Shown here piece after piece: positions 30,634-32,000 of a stretch of 32,000 bases of DNA (position 1 is the first letter of the stretch; each line of letters begins with the position of its first letter). Origin of the DNA: Planctomycetales bacterium. Its GTDB lineage: Bacteria > 4484-113 > JAFGCY01. The stretch lies in the NCBI GenBank assembly GCA_022646745.1, contig CP060262.1, positions 2,970,001 through 3,002,000 of the forward strand, written 5' to 3'. The position numbers were made by a program, and so were the translations under genes. The notes beneath the pieces were generated by a model. That model had not been told where the DNA came from, did no database searches, and worked only from the letters and a program-made list of their open reading frames with translations.

Positions 30634-32000
30634 CTACTCCTCGAAGGCGTTCTTCTCGAGGTTCCTGCGCTTGCGCTCGATCATGTCGTCAGAGGATCCA
30701 GCGCCTTCGTCACCGGCAGCTTCATCGCCATCCTCGGCGGGCGCCTGCTGCTGTTCCATCTGCGCCTGCTCCTCCTCGCTGGCGATGATCACCGGAAGCT
30801 GGAAGCCGTTGTAGATCACCCATTCCATCTGGTACTTCTCATCGAACTTCTCGTCCGGCATGTCCTCACCGCTGAGGCTGGCAGCAACCGCATTCGGGTC
30901 GTAGGGGCGCACCAGCGTCACGAGCAGCTCGTTGTTGGTCGGCCACTCCATGATCTGGTCGAGGATGTCGTCAAAGTCCTGCTTGGTGATGTCGATGATC
31001 GGGCCCATGCCGAACAGGCTGCGGCCCTTTCCGCCGAGCGGTGCCATGCTGACGAGGTCACCGCCGCCATGCACGATCAGGGTGGTGTTGCCACTCGGGA
31101 AGTCCTCCGGCACGGTCAGGCTGAACTCGCGCCACACCGGGTCGGTGCGGTAGGGCTGCAGCTTGACCTTCACGCGGATGGTCTCGCCCGGGGCGAACTT
31201 CGGCACCTGGTCCATCGGATGGCCGCTCTCGAACATGATGCCGCCGGGCATGCCTTCCTCACCCTGCGGGTTCTCCTCCTCGCCGGGCTGCTGGCTGGGC
31301 TCAAAGTTGCCATTGAGCGCCTCCAGCGTATCCTCGACGCTGCTGTCGGACGCCGCCGCGGCTTCCTCGCCGGCCTCAGCCTCCGCCTCGCCGTCCTCCG
31401 AGATGATTTCGGCGTTGTCAATCGAGGCGTTGATGCGGTTGCGGGTGATCTCCATCATCACGTTCAGGCGGGTGATGTCGATGTCGCGGTAGATGTTGTT
31501 CTGCAGCAGGTTGGCAAGCGGCATGATGTCGAAGGCGCCGTCGCCGATCACGTCCATGTCATTGCTGTAGTAGTTCACGCGGCGCAGCGGCTCACGCAGG
31601 CCGGTGCCCTCCACGTGGTAGCTGAGCTTCATCGTGCCCTTGGGCTGGCGGTCCAGCACCTCGGCGGCCGCCTGGTTGACGGACATCGCAAGCAGGATCG
31701 GCGTCCAGTCCGGGTGCTTCATCACCTCGAACTCGAAGCTCTGGTCCTTGCCGGTGTCGATGTCCTTGATCTTGACCTTGACCGGGATCATGTCCGGCAT
31801 CACCTTGAAGGTGCCGCCGCAGGCAGCACCGTGGTCCTTGGTCATCGTGCCAAGCGTCGGCTCGAGGCGCACACCGTCCTTGAAGGCGCGCTCGATGCTG
31901 CCGTAGGTCCAGGTGATGTAGGCCTTGCTGATCGGCATGTTGGTCGGGCCGGCCTGGAAGAAGGGGTGGCCGAACATCAGGAAGCGGCCCTTGTCGTCAC
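30634..32000 (-). CDS. large protein with acidic low-complexity inserts. The N-terminal part possibly belongs to the peptidase S55 (SpoIVB-like) family. Partial: the reading frame stays open to the window end.
   Basis: The frame continues upstream of the track Met (..DDKGRFLMFGHPFF..). The FGHPF...G....P context resembles S55-family sequences I recall, but this is not verified. E/D/A/G-rich segments lie mid-protein and at the C-terminus. Confidence 0.5.
   Translation of the reverse strand, partial: DDKGRFLMFGHPFFQAGPTNMPISKAYITWTYGSIERAFKDGVRLEPTLGTMTKDHGAACGGTFKVMPDMIPVKVKIKDIDTGKDQSFEFEVMKHPDWTPILLAMSVNQAAAEVLDRQPKGTMKLSYHVEGTGLREPLRRVNYYSNDMDVIGDGAFDIMPLANLLQNNIYRDIDITRLNVMMEITRNRINASIDNAEIISEDGEAEAEAGEEAAAASDSSVEDTLEALNGNFEPSQQPGEEENPQGEEGMPGGIMFESGHPMDQVPKFAPGETIRVKVKLQPYRTDPVWREFSLTVPEDFPSGNTTLIVHGGGDLVSMAPLGGKGRSLFGMGPIIDITKQDFDDILDQIMEWPTNNELLVTLVRPYDPNAVAASLSGEDMPDEKFDEKYQMEWVIYNGFQLPVIIASEEEQAQMEQQQAPAEDGDEAAGDEGAGSSDDMIERKRRNLEKNAFEE

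Overview
High-GC chromosomal segment from a diderm bacterium (an outer-membrane beta-barrel protein and several lipoproteins are present). I cannot assign the lineage from sequence alone. Most genes are housekeeping and recognisable from conserved motifs: a Pol I 5'-nuclease N-terminus (partial), def, ruvB, rsmI, infA, pdxS, ribH, pgi, lysA, flavodoxin, a HIT protein, a HAD phosphatase, a rhomboid protease, a YbhG/HlyD-ABC-ABC2 efflux operon and one tRNA-Pro(CGG). There is no rRNA, CRISPR array, transposase or integrase. Many long ORFs in the track are antisense shadows of real genes, as expected at this GC content. Six things deserve a second look. (1) A secreted, metallothionein-like protein built from about 19 Cys-Gly-Cys repeats is split by one in-frame TGA lying exactly where a repeat TGC (Cys) codon is expected. 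(2) A family of intergenic tandem units has the form GGAG(G)-hairpin-CAAT. It starts at or on TAG stop codons, often has GNRA tetraloops, and includes a 29-nt member present four times as two inverted pairs with compensatory stem substitutions. (3) A roughly 1-kb AT-richer islet carries two paralogous membrane-anchored small proteins. (4) TATAAT-like -10 hexamers recur 6-11 nt upstream of start codons, which suggests leaderless or near-leaderless mRNAs and helps choose start sites. (5) A TPR-AAA+ ATPase is divergently paired with an unknown helical protein next to tRNA-Pro. (6) An orphan GspF/PilC-like platform protein has a polytopic membrane partner. All functional calls rest on motif recognition by eye; no database search was run.
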